15,340 nucleotides of DNA from Eubacteriales bacterium. Lineage in GTDB: Bacteria > Bacillota > Clostridia > Christensenellales > UBA1750. Location of the stretch: the NCBI GenBank assembly GCA_031551255.1, contig JAVBNW010000043.1, positions 1 to 15,340 of the forward strand, in the 5' to 3' direction. Under the pieces are notes generated by a model, which was not told where the DNA came from, ran no database searches, and saw only the letters and a list, made by a program, of their open reading frames with translations. The translations under genes were made by a program, and so were the position numbers. Shown piece after piece: positions 1 to 7,328 of the stretch. Every line of letters begins with the position of its first letter. The first letter of the stretch is position 1.

Positions 1-36
1 CCCCCGGCTTTCGCCATCCTTGTCTCCTTCGCCCCC

Positions 37-402
37 TTACGCCGGCGCCACCCCTTTTGCCTTTTGCGCGCACAGCCTGCCGATCCACATACCCAGCGAG
101 GCCAGCAGCACGGCGCCCAGCGCGGTCCAATACCCGGAAACCATAGCGCCGGGCGCGAGGGCGAGAATGCCCCATACGGGCAGCGCGTCTAGGAAGAGGC
201 GCGGAATGCCAAGCAGCAGCAGATCGAACGCCACCGCAATGGGGCGCGTGATCAGCCGGGCGAAAAAGTATAGGATAGCGGCCAAGGCGCAGCCCACGGC
301 GTATACGGGCCAGCTTTCCACCTTAAGGCCGGGCAGCACGGCCCCGGCCGACAAAAAACCCACGTAGCACCCGGCCAGGCGGCCCCAAAGGGTAGGCTTC
401 AT
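37..402 (-). CDS. Small hydrophobic membrane protein (about 121 aa, roughly 4 predicted TM helices), function unknown
   Basis: The minus-strand ORF has long hydrophobic helices (AVGCALAAILYFFARL, LLLLGIPRLFLDALPVWGILALAPG, LGAVLLASLGMWIG). A GGGAG SD lies about 8 nt upstream of the ATG at 400-402, and the stop TAA is at 37-39. The overlapping plus-strand ORF 20..367 is low-complexity S/P/A/R-rich and looks like an antisense artefact. Confidence 0.5.
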   Translation of the reverse strand: MKPTLWGRLAGCYVGFLSAGAVLPGLKVESWPVYAVGCALAAILYFFARLITRPIAVAFDLLLLGIPRLFLDALPVWGILALAPGAMVSGYWTALGAVLLASLGMWIGRLCAQKAKGVAPA

Positions 403-460
403 CGCGTTCTCCCTCGCTTTGCAATTTTGTGGATACCTTTATGAAAGATAAAACTTTTGC

Positions 461-772
461 TTATAGAGCCTGAATGTGCACTCGAACTCTTTCGTTGCCA
501 TCGCGGACGTCGACATGCAATTTCAGCCCCCGCATATCGCGCAGAAAATCCGTCGCCTGCCGCAAAAGCGCGCGGGCCCGACCGGCGGTTTGGGGGGATT
601 TTGCGTCTTCGGGCGCAAAGCGCATCCTAGAGGGAAGCAGGGAGAGCGCGTCGGCATAATCCTCCGCCAGATCCGCCACCGAACCGGTGTGAAGCAGCAA
701 CGGCAGGTAAAATCCGCGCTTTTCGCCGCGCAGCGAGACGAAGAGCGTCACAAACGACGTTTCATTCCACAT
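461..772 (-). CDS. Hypothetical protein (103 aa), third gene of the DUF2089-led operon; translationally coupled
   Basis: The start ATG at 770-772 overlaps the stop of the upstream gene in an ATGTGGAATGA arrangement. I recognise no motif. The composition is protein-like and the gene is co-oriented with the two genes upstream. Confidence 0.45.
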   Translation of the reverse strand: MWNETSFVTLFVSLRGEKRGFYLPLLLHTGSVADLAEDYADALSLLPSRMRFAPEDAKSPQTAGRARALLRQATDFLRDMRGLKLHVDVRDGNERVRVHIQAL

Positions 773-1226
773 AGATGCGCACCCGAACTTCGCCCTGGCC
801 TTCCGTCATGCCCTTGCCGACGGTGACGTTCACCAGATCGCGCCCCTCCATATCCTCGTCCAGCGTGGATAAAAGCGCGGCGATCGTGCCGATGTCAAAG
901 CCCTTTTCATCCATATTGCGCTGGGCCTCGGGGGGGATCACGTTTTCCAGCATCGGCGCAAGCCGGTTGGCGAGGCTGATGGGTACGTTCACATCAACAT
1001 CCACGCTCTTATCCGGGTTTGCGTCGCCCTCTTCCGGGCTGACTTTCACGATCATGCGCAGGAAGCGGCCCTTGCCCGCCCGCGCCGGGCCGGGAACGGG
1101 GCGCTCGGCCGGACCGCGGCGCGCAGGGGCCTCGCTTTCGCCCAGCGCTTGGATCAGCTGCGCACCCTCTTCGGGGGTGATTTTGCCCTCGGATACGAGG
1201 TGCAGAATGGTTTCGCGGTCGCTCAT
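762..1226 (-). CDS. Small protein with an N-terminal SHOCT/YvlB-LiaG-N-terminal-like helical motif (ILHLVSEGKITPEEGAQLIQALGE); function unknown
   Basis: An AGGAGG SD sits 8 nt upstream of the ATG at 1224-1226. The N-terminal motif is typical of the first about 30 aa of DUF4097/YvlB-LiaG family proteins, which are commonly encoded next to DUF2089 genes. The protein is much shorter (154 aa) than full DUF4097 proteins. The gene lies 12 bp downstream of the DUF2089 gene. Confidence 0.55.
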   Translation of the reverse strand: MSDRETILHLVSEGKITPEEGAQLIQALGESEAPARRGPAERPVPGPARAGKGRFLRMIVKVSPEEGDANPDKSVDVDVNVPISLANRLAPMLENVIPPEAQRNMDEKGFDIGTIAALLSTLDEDMEGRDLVNVTVGKGMTEGQGEVRVRIYVE

Positions 1227-1238
1227 GATGGTCGCCTC

Positions 1239-1598
1239 CTATTTTCGTTTTATTTGGTTGAGGGCTTGCGTTACGTCGATTTCGCCGCGCTCCAGCGCCC
1301 CGATCGCGTCGCTGGAGGTTTGCGCAGGGGCTTCGCCAAAGCCCAGTGCATTCAGCGCCGCATCCACCGCTGCGCGCGCCGTGGGGTAGGAGATGTTCAG
1401 CGCGCGCTCGAGCTCCTTCATGTTGCCGCGGCAGCGCAGGTAAGTTTCGATCACGCTTAGGTGGGGCTCGGGCAGCGAGCAGAAGCGGCATAGAGAGAAG
1501 CTTCCCCTAAGCTCGGTGCCGCAATGAGCGCAGTGCATCTGGCTCACACTCAGTTTTTGCGCGCACACGGGGCACTGAGAAGGCGCGTGGTATTCCAT
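1239..1598 (-). CDS. DUF2089-family protein: N-terminal Zn-ribbon (CPVC...CAHC), central HTH and C-terminal SHOCT-like tail (LERGEIDVTQALNQIKRK); putative transcription regulator
   Basis: The translation MEYHAPSQCPVCAQKLSVSQMHCAHCGTELRGSF...ISYPTARAAVDAALNALGF matches the characteristic DUF2089 layout. The ORF-track start (GTG at 1607) was replaced by the ATG at 1596-1598, which lies 6 nt after a GAGGTG SD. Confidence 0.7.
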   Translation of the reverse strand: MEYHAPSQCPVCAQKLSVSQMHCAHCGTELRGSFSLCRFCSLPEPHLSVIETYLRCRGNMKELERALNISYPTARAAVDAALNALGFGEAPAQTSSDAIGALERGEIDVTQALNQIKRK

Positions 1599-1618
1599 TT
1601 CCTTCACCTCTTGATTGC

Positions 1619-1647
1619 ATTATAACGAAATAAATAAATAAAATCAA
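1619..1647 (-). promoter_or_regulatory. Near-consensus sigma70-type promoter for the DUF2089 operon: -35 TTGATT, 17-bp spacer, -10 TATAAT (minus strand)
   Basis: On the minus strand the sequence reads TTGATT-ttatttatttatttcgt-TATAAT. It lies inside the very AT-rich stretch 1608-1700 and implies a leader of only about 15 nt before the SD. Confidence 0.45.
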
Positions 1648-1728
1648 TAGAATTTTGAACTTTATTTAAGAATTATTCAAAAAATTTCAAAAGCAACGAC
1701 TGCACGCAACGTACTGCGCAAGTGCGCA

Positions 1729-1757
1729 TTGCGCCTTAGGCCTTGCGGAGGTATACT
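1729..1757 (+). promoter_or_regulatory. Candidate sigma70-type promoter for the nfeD-floT operon: -35 TTGCGC, 17-bp spacer, -10 TATACT
   Basis: TTGCGC at 1729-1734 and TATACT at 1752-1757. The element is preceded by TGCGCA-containing palindromic hexamers (ctgcgcaagtgcgcattgcgcc) that could form an operator. Confidence 0.4.
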
Positions 1758-1871
1758 ATAGATGTTGTGCGCAGGGTGGCGGCACGAGCACTGTTTGGGC
1801 GCGGCAACTTGGTTTCTCACGGCAAAAAGCAAGCGAAAGGGGAAGATACTTTGGCCGCATGGTGGAATGAA

Positions 1872-2510
1872 ATGACGCTGTTGCAGCAAGTGTTTGCGTG
1901 CATCGCCGTTCCCGCGACGCTCATCCTCGTTTTGCAGACGATCCTCCTGTTGGTGGGGGCCGCCTCCGCAGGCGCGGGCGCCGAGATGGATACCGATACC
2001 TCCGGACTGTTGGGCGGAGCGGATGCCGATGTAGAGGTTGATTTGGATCCGGATTTGCCTACGGAGCATGCCCCGGATGCGACGGACGCAAGCGGCGTGC
2101 GCGTTTTAACCGTCCGCGGCCTGGTCGCCTTTTTTGCGATCGGCGGCTGGCTTGGCCTCGCCGCGATCGAGTGGGGCGTGCCCGCGCCCGGCGCTTCGGC
2201 GTTGGCGTTGCTCGGCGGATTTCTTGCCATGGTGGCGATTGCCTTTCTGTTTAAGTGGGCCATGCGCCTGCAAGACAGCGGCAATATTTCACTGCGCAAC
2301 GCGCAGGGGCACAGCGCGCAGGTCTACCTTACCATCCCCGCACGGCGCGCGGGCGCGGGCAAGGTAACGTTAACGCTGCAAGAGCGCTTCGTCGAATGCG
2401 ACGCGGTGACCGATTCCGGCGAGTCCATCGCCACCGGCTCTCTGGTGACCGTGCAGGGGGTGGCCGAGGGGAACACCCTGTTGGTTGCCCCAGCCAAGGA
2501 TCGTCTGTGA
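1872..2510 (+). CDS. NfeD-like membrane protein (short NfeD/YuaF type) with a C-terminal OB-fold, partner of flotillin
   Basis: Hydrophobic N-terminal helices are followed by an acidic linker and a C-terminal beta-rich segment (GHSAQVYLTIPARRAGAGKVTLTL...GSLVTVQGVAEGNTLLV) typical of NfeD OB-folds. The gene lies immediately upstream of a flotillin gene, as yuaF does for floT. I moved the start to the ATG at 1872, which has a GGTGG SD. The TTG at 1851, with a GGGGAAG SD, is an alternative. The ORF-track start at 1743 is unlikely. Confidence 0.7.
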   Translation: MTLLQQVFACIAVPATLILVLQTILLLVGAASAGAGAEMDTDTSGLLGGADADVEVDLDPDLPTEHAPDATDASGVRVLTVRGLVAFFAIGGWLGLAAIEWGVPAPGASALALLGGFLAMVAIAFLFKWAMRLQDSGNISLRNAQGHSAQVYLTIPARRAGAGKVTLTLQERFVECDAVTDSGESIATGSLVTVQGVAEGNTLLVAPAKDRL

Positions 2511-2710
2511 CCATATAGTCCCGAGCCCCAAATGAGAACATCCGAGCGGCACGGCGCTACGCGCCTTCGCGAGGGGCATGTGCCCCCCACAGGCCCCCGC
2601 CGAAGCGGAACGCATCGGCTGCCTGCGCCTGTGGCGCGAAAAACATTTTCGCCCATCTCGCTTCCATTTTGAAGTTCGGTGACCAAACGACAACATAAGG
2701 AGTGATCGCC

Positions 2711-4123
2711 TTGCCTTCGCCGACTTTTGTATTGATTTGCGTGATCGTGCTTTTGCTATTCTCTACGCTGATCGTCATTCTCACCCGCTACCGCAGGTGC
2801 CCGTCCGATAAGGTGATGGTGATCTACGGCAAGGTGGGCACCAATAAGGACGGCACCGCACGCTCGGCCCGCTGCGTGCACGGGGGCGCGAGCTTCGTGT
2901 GGCCGGTGGTGCAGGCATACCAGTACTTGGATCTTACGCCGATCTCCATCAACGTGGATCTTACCAACGCACTGTCACACCAAAACATTCGCGTAGACGT
3001 GCCCTCGCGCTTTACGGTAGGCATCTCCACGGAAAACGGCGTCATGCAAAACGCCGCTGAGCGTCTGTTGGGGCTGAAGCTTTCCGAGATTCAGGAGCTT
3101 GCCAAGGATATTATCTTCGGCCAGCTGCGCCTTGTGATCGCGACGATGGACATCGAGGAGATCAACACCGATCGCGACAAGTTCCTCGAGGCGGTTTCCC
3201 ATAACGTGGAGACGGAGCTTAAGAAGATCGGCCTTCGGCTCATCAACGTCAACGTTACCGACATCACCGACGAATCCGGCTACATCGAGGCGCTGGGCAA
3301 AGAGGCCGCATCCAAGGCGATCAACGACGCGAAGAAATCCGTTGCGGAAAAGACGCGCGACGGCGAGATCGGCCAGGCCATTGCGGTGAAGGATCAGCGC
3401 ATATCGGTCGCGGAATCCAACGCCACGGCGGTCGCCGGCGAAAACGAGAGCCGAGCGGCCATCGCCCAATCCGACGCGACCCGACGCGAGCGCGAGGCCG
3501 AGGCGCTACAGCGCGCCACCGCGGCGGAAAAGATCGCCGAGGCCAAGGCGCTGCAGGATGCCTACGCCGCGCAGATGCAGGCGGAAAAGGCGCGCGCCGA
3601 CCGCGAGCACGCTACGCAGCAGGCCGACGTCATCGTCACTGCACAAATCGAAAAGCAGCGCTTAGAAATCGAGGCCGAGGCCGAGGCCGAACAGCGCCGC
3701 CGCCGCGCGCGCGGCGAAGCGGACGCAATTTACGCCACCATGGAGGCGCAGGCGCGCGGCATGCAAGAGATCCTCGCCAAGCAGGCGCAGGGTTTCTCCA
3801 AGATTGTCGAGGCCGCGGGCGGCGATGCGAGCGCGGCAATCCAGCTTTTGTTGGTGGACAAAATCGAAGAACTGATGAAGATTCAGGTGGAGGCGATCCA
3901 AAACCTGAAGATCGACAAGGTGACCGTGTGGGATTCTATGGGCAAGGACGGCTCGTCCCCCACCACCGCAAACTTCTTGTCGGGCATGCTCAAATCCATC
4001 CCGCCGCTCAACGAAACGTTCAAGATGGCCGGCATGCAGCTGCCCGAATTTCTAGGCAAGGCTACGGGAATGCCGCAGGACGAGTCGGCTGCCCTAAGCG
4101 CTTCGGAAAATTCGCAGGCCTGA
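2711..4123 (+). CDS. floT: Flotillin-like SPFH/Band-7 protein (FloT/YuaG type) with a long Ala/Glu-rich coiled-coil region
   Basis: An N-terminal TM helix is followed by an SPFH core (VHGGASFVWPVVQAYQYLDLTPISI..., IRVDVPSRFTVGIS) and an extended EA-rich repeat region (EAEALQRATAAEKIAEAKALQ...EIEAEAEAEQRRRRA). The AAGGAG SD at 2697-2702 sits 8 nt before the TTG at 2711. The ORF-track GTG at 2702 overlaps the SD. Confidence 0.85.
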   Translation: MPSPTFVLICVIVLLLFSTLIVILTRYRRCPSDKVMVIYGKVGTNKDGTARSARCVHGGASFVWPVVQAYQYLDLTPISINVDLTNALSHQNIRVDVPSRFTVGISTENGVMQNAAERLLGLKLSEIQELAKDIIFGQLRLVIATMDIEEINTDRDKFLEAVSHNVETELKKIGLRLINVNVTDITDESGYIEALGKEAASKAINDAKKSVAEKTRDGEIGQAIAVKDQRISVAESNATAVAGENESRAAIAQSDATRREREAEALQRATAAEKIAEAKALQDAYAAQMQAEKARADREHATQQADVIVTAQIEKQRLEIEAEAEAEQRRRRARGEADAIYATMEAQARGMQEILAKQAQGFSKIVEAAGGDASAAIQLLLVDKIEELMKIQVEAIQNLKIDKVTVWDSMGKDGSSPTTANFLSGMLKSIPPLNETFKMAGMQLPEFLGKATGMPQDESAALSASENSQA

Positions 4124-4217
4124 CCGACCCCCTCCTTTGCGGAGAGAACGGGCGCATATGAAAAACCGCCCCGGCCAGAATCGTGGGTACGATAAAGAGT
4201 GTTTCATGGCAACAAGT

Positions 4218-4258
4218 AAGGGATGCTTGACCAAGCGCGGTCAAGCATCCCTTTTTGG
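4218..4258 (+). terminator. Rho-independent terminator: perfect 15-bp stem (aagggatgcttgacc / ggtcaagcatccctt), 6-nt loop, TTTTT tract
   Basis: The inverted repeat was read directly. It lies 95 bp after the floT stop and marks the boundary to the low-GC island. Confidence 0.8.
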
Positions 4259-4340
4259 TCATTATCAAATCAAGTCCATGTCAAGTGCGGGTTGTATTTG
4301 CTGTGCAAATCTCTTCCCTATCTATGCAACTCAAAAGTTT

Positions 4341-4368
4341 TTGACGGAGCCGCTTTCTGTGCTATACT
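4341..4368 (+). promoter_or_regulatory. Strong sigma70-type promoter: -35 TTGACG, 16-bp spacer, extended -10 TGcTATACT
   Basis: TTGACG at 4341-4346 and gTGcTATACT at 4360-4368. The element is about 65 nt upstream of the HD-domain gene start, and an AGAGG SD lies at 4423-4427. Confidence 0.5.
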
Positions 4369-4434
4369 TAACTGGAAAAGGTTTTCGTGCTACAAAGTGT
4401 TTATATTTTGCACGAAGGGGAAACAGAGGTTAAT

Positions 4435-4816
4435 ATGAAAAACGAGGCATATGAAAAACTGAAAACCCAAGTGTGGGAAACATTAAAAGATTATCCGATG
4501 CATAGGGCAAGTGTATGGAGTCATTTTTGCGGTGTTGCGGCGTTATGCGCGTTTTTAGGTTTAAAAAGATGTTTGGATAGTGAAATATGCAAATGCGCCG
4601 GACTTTTACATGATTTATGGCTTTTTCTTAATGTCCCGCTTGATAATGATATGCAATCATAACGACAAAGATATTGTTCACGATAAATATTCGGAAACAT
4701 TGAAAGATGCGGATGCGTTGGAACATTACATAAATAATTCCGATTACGATAAGGATTACAATTACCATGGACGAGATAAAAAAATATTTGATGAATTCAT
4801 AATAGAAAAGAATTAG
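4435..4816 (+). pseudogene. HD-domain (metal-dependent phosphohydrolase) gene interrupted by a frameshift near 4620-4660; likely pseudogene or truncated
   Basis: Frame 1 (4435-4662) carries the His and His-Asp motifs of an HD domain (HFCGVAALCAF...AGLLHDLW) and then stops. Frame 2 (4580-4816) continues with IVHDKYSETLKDADALEHY, which resembles the C-terminal conserved Asp region. A TTTTT homopolymer at 4623-4627 is a plausible slip site. Spacing between the motifs is shorter than in canonical HD proteins. Low GC. Confidence 0.45.
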
Positions 4817-4971
4817 TAAACCTGAGCATTATAAGCTTTTTCCGCATCAACCGCTGCGAAAGGTCAAATAGCTTGTCTGGCGGCTTTTTTTGCCCCAAAA
4901 CACACGACCTGTATTGGCACTTGCCGGTTTTGTTTGTTGAGGTATCCCAAACCTATTGAAGGAAATGCTTA

Positions 4972-6342
4972 TTAGGTACACTTGATGAAATAAAAATGTC
5001 CAATGAGAGCAACGTCATCCTGACGCGGAACGAAGGGCTGTTTATGACCTCTTTGTAGCACCAAGAAATCTATTTTACGCTCGTTTCCGTAAAACTCTAT
5101 CGGAAATCGGAAAGTACCCCAGTCACCGCGAGTACGGGTCATCAGTTGTGTTTCGTCTGCGAAATCAAGCAAATGAGTATAGCCATCCCCATCTTTATCG
5201 ACATATTTCATCTGAAAACGGCTACCATCAGGGACAACGTCAAAATAGGTGTCAATTTCGCTACCATAATACCGCCCCAAATACTTATCCATATCACTGT
5301 CAGTTATCGGGTCTTGCCTTTGGGCGTTTGGGAAATTGGGATGTTGAATTTGTCTTGGTTCTGCTGCTTGTATGGGTCTTTTGTAGTAAGCCGACTTGTA
5401 GTTTCTCCGTATCGGCAAATCATATATATCGCGCAAAACGGTGTTTTCCAAATCAAGCGCCGTTTCGACAGGATCATAACCCATATATGTCAAAACAATG
5501 ATAGACAGTTTCTTTTCCAAATCAGCCCTTATGACGGATTGCCAAAGGCTACCATCGCCAAATTGCCAGATAATGTTGCGGTTATCTTCATCATAAAAAA
5601 ATCCGAAACCATACGGGCACAATTCGCCGTTATTAAGTGTAAACGATGAAAGGAGCATATCGAATAGTCCATCGGGCGCACATGGAAGGTTTCTGTTCAT
5701 TAAGCAGTTATGCCATTTTGCAAGGTCCTCCGCCGTTGTGGTCAACCCTCCGCCGCCCATTATATCTTCTCCCTGTGTGTCGGCCATTCCCAAAGGCTCA
5801 AATATCCTTTGCTTGGCAAATAAAGCGTTGCCTCCCGTAAGGCGTTCAACAATATGCCCCAATATTTCATAGCAGGATTCGCTGTAGCTGTTGAAATTTC
5901 CGGGTTCACTCTCCGGCTGTTCCTGCCGGAAAAGCATTTCCATTGCATCAAGAGGAGAACTGCTCATGAAATATTTCATAAGATGAAAATTTCTCACGCC
6001 CGAGGTCATTGATAAGCAATGCCGGATTGTTATTTTATCCGCATAGCCTTTCATCTCAGGCAAATAGATACGAATACAATCGTCCAAGTTCAGACGGTTT
6101 TCACAAGCGAGTATGGCAACACAGCACGCCACAAATTGCTTCGCTATCGACGCGACGTTGAATGGGGTGTGTGCATTAATGGTGTGGTAAACATCGTCAA
6201 ACTCAATGCTTCTGGCTTTGCCCGAATAGAGCTTCAATAGGGGCTTTCCATCCAATTCCACAGATACGGCATAACCATTATTTTCTGCCGGCTGCAAGTG
6301 CCTTGTTACAATACTTTCGAGTTTTTCTTTTATGTTTTCCAT
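4972..6342 (-). CDS. Beta-lactamase-family serine hydrolase (class C / family VIII esterase / PBP-like fold), 456 aa
   Basis: An S-x-x-K active-site motif in the canonical context (HTPFNVASIAKQFVA) lies near residue 64 after a typical N-terminal beta-strand region (GYAVSVELDGKPLLKLYSGKA). There is a C-terminal extension of about 100 aa. The gene is about 40% GC against a background above 60%. A GAGGA SD lies upstream of the ATG at 6340-6342. Confidence 0.8.
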   Translation of the reverse strand: MENIKEKLESIVTRHLQPAENNGYAVSVELDGKPLLKLYSGKARSIEFDDVYHTINAHTPFNVASIAKQFVACCVAILACENRLNLDDCIRIYLPEMKGYADKITIRHCLSMTSGVRNFHLMKYFMSSSPLDAMEMLFRQEQPESEPGNFNSYSESCYEILGHIVERLTGGNALFAKQRIFEPLGMADTQGEDIMGGGGLTTTAEDLAKWHNCLMNRNLPCAPDGLFDMLLSSFTLNNGELCPYGFGFFYDEDNRNIIWQFGDGSLWQSVIRADLEKKLSIIVLTYMGYDPVETALDLENTVLRDIYDLPIRRNYKSAYYKRPIQAAEPRQIQHPNFPNAQRQDPITDSDMDKYLGRYYGSEIDTYFDVVPDGSRFQMKYVDKDGDGYTHLLDFADETQLMTRTRGDWGTFRFPIEFYGNERKIDFLVLQRGHKQPFVPRQDDVALIGHFYFIKCT

Positions 6343-6392
6343 AATTATCTATCCTCGCTTCTTCGTAGACTATATAAATTTCTTTCGCCATC

Positions 6393-6421
6393 AATATAGA
6401 GCAAATTCACAAAACAAACAA
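6393..6421 (-). promoter_or_regulatory. Candidate promoter for the serine-hydrolase gene: -35 TTGTTT, 17-bp spacer, -10 TATATT (minus strand)
   Basis: Read on the minus strand. An alternative -10 TATATA lies at 6371-6376. The whole upstream region is AT-rich. Confidence 0.3.
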
Positions 6422-6453
6422 GCAAAGAGGTAAAATCGGAGCCTCTCCGCAAA

Positions 6454-6487
6454 ACCTACTGCTGCGCACCGCCCCTTAAAAGGCCGG
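6454..6487 (-). terminator. GC-rich 12-bp perfect hairpin (gcgcaccgcccc / ggggcggtgcgc, 10-nt loop) 23 bp downstream of the aph stop; probable terminator or island boundary
   Basis: The inverted repeat was read directly. The U-tract is weak on the minus strand and moderate on the plus strand (TTATAAGCCGTTTTA), so the element may act bidirectionally. Confidence 0.45.
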
Positions 6488-6509
6488 GGCGGTGCGCTTA
6501 TAAGCCGTT

Positions 6510-7295
6510 TTAATCCATGGCCGCCAACAGCCCGCATATGCGGAGTCTGTCCTCGTCGATAAGATCCGCCCCATAGGCGTCGAGAAAGCGTCGGCCGTAG
6601 TGGGGGGATTTAAGGTTATAGTTCAGCGTCCACAGCCCCCACGCAAGATCGTAGTGCCGGTCGCCGATTCCGGCGTCCGCCACGTCGATAAACCCCTGAA
6701 GCCTCCAAGCGTTCAGCATAATGTTCGGAAGGCAGTAATCTCCGTGCACCAGCACGTCGTTTTTTAAAAGGCCGCGCGCCCGCGCGATTTCTAAGGCCGC
6801 CCCGTCCGCACGGGCAGGCCCGATATATGTTGCGATATCGTCTAAATGGTTTTGCTGAAACGCGCAGGTTGTTGCGGTGAGCAGCAAGCCGGACATCCTG
6901 TCCGCAACAGGGCAACCCGATGTATCCGCCTCGTGCAGCCGCCTAAGCGATTCGCCGAATATATCGCTCAGGCGCTCGGGCTGGGCCAGGTGGCGCCGCG
7001 CTATCCCATCTTCGCCATGCAATGCCGCCGTCGCCATATAGTCCCTGTCGTAGGATCGGTAAAAAAGAACGGGCGAGGATAGCTTGCGTTCCGCAAAAAA
7101 GGCCTGCATTTGCGCGGCGAGGCGTAGCGCGCCCTGTTCGGCGATCTTAAGATACGCGCCTCCGTCCCGATCGACGAATACCGTTTTCGCGCCGGACCAG
7201 CCGCTGCTTTCGTATACGGGGGCATCGCCGGCCCATTTGCAAAGCTCTTCGGGTAGCGATAGGGCGGCTATATCGACAGGGGTTCTTGTATCCAT
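6510..7295 (-). CDS. Aminoglycoside 3'-phosphotransferase-like kinase (APH(3') family, 261 aa)
   Basis: The C-terminal region aligns motif by motif with APH(3') enzymes: the Brenner motif VHGDYCLPNIM (HGDxxxxN), GFIDVADAGIGDRHYDLA (the DxGR...D...D(I/L)A metal-binding region) and a terminal LL..MD-type tail. The length matches the 264-aa APH(3')-IIIa. I moved the start to the ATG at 7293-7295 (protein MDTRTPV...), which follows a GAGGAGGG SD by 7 nt. The upstream 20 codons in the ORF track are unlikely to be translated. Confidence 0.8.
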   Translation of the reverse strand: MDTRTPVDIAALSLPEELCKWAGDAPVYESSGWSGAKTVFVDRDGGAYLKIAEQGALRLAAQMQAFFAERKLSSPVLFYRSYDRDYMATAALHGEDGIARRHLAQPERLSDIFGESLRRLHEADTSGCPVADRMSGLLLTATTCAFQQNHLDDIATYIGPARADGAALEIARARGLLKNDVLVHGDYCLPNIMLNAWRLQGFIDVADAGIGDRHYDLAWGLWTLNYNLKSPHYGRRFLDAYGADLIDEDRLRICGLLAAMD

Positions 7296-7328
7296 GGAGC
7301 ACCCTCCTCTTCGCCAACCGCTTGCATC

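Noticed and set aside
20-367. Plus-strand ORF of 115 aa overlapping the minus-strand membrane protein gene
   Set aside because: The translation is low-complexity and S/P/A/R-rich, as expected for the antisense frame of a GC-rich gene. The minus-frame product has clean TM helices and a proper SD.
775-1491. ORFs 775..1389 (plus) and 1009..1491 (minus), each over 150 aa, overlapping the DUF2089 operon genes
   Set aside because: The products are Arg/Ser/Pro-rich alternative-frame artefacts typical of high-GC DNA. The in-operon frames carry recognisable motifs and SD sequences.
1743-1871. N-terminal extension of the nfeD ORF back to a TTG at 1743
   Set aside because: The extension would start inside the predicted promoter and has no SD. 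The ATG at 1872 and the TTG at 1851 have good SD spacing.
2670-2700. Possible internal floT promoter (TTGAAG ... AACATA)
   Set aside because: The only -10 candidates lie within 5 nt of the SD, leaving no room for a transcript start upstream of the ribosome-binding site.
4137-4433. ORF of 98 aa spanning the floT terminator
   Set aside because: It runs straight through a perfect 15-bp terminator hairpin and into the island promoter. It has no SD and its composition is unlike a protein.
4817-4971. Possible terminator using the TTTTTTT run at 4884-4890
   Set aside because: No stable stem precedes the T-tract. Only a 4-bp ccgc/gcgg pairing with a loop of about 26 nt is available. The end of the island gene pair is left without a convincing terminator call.
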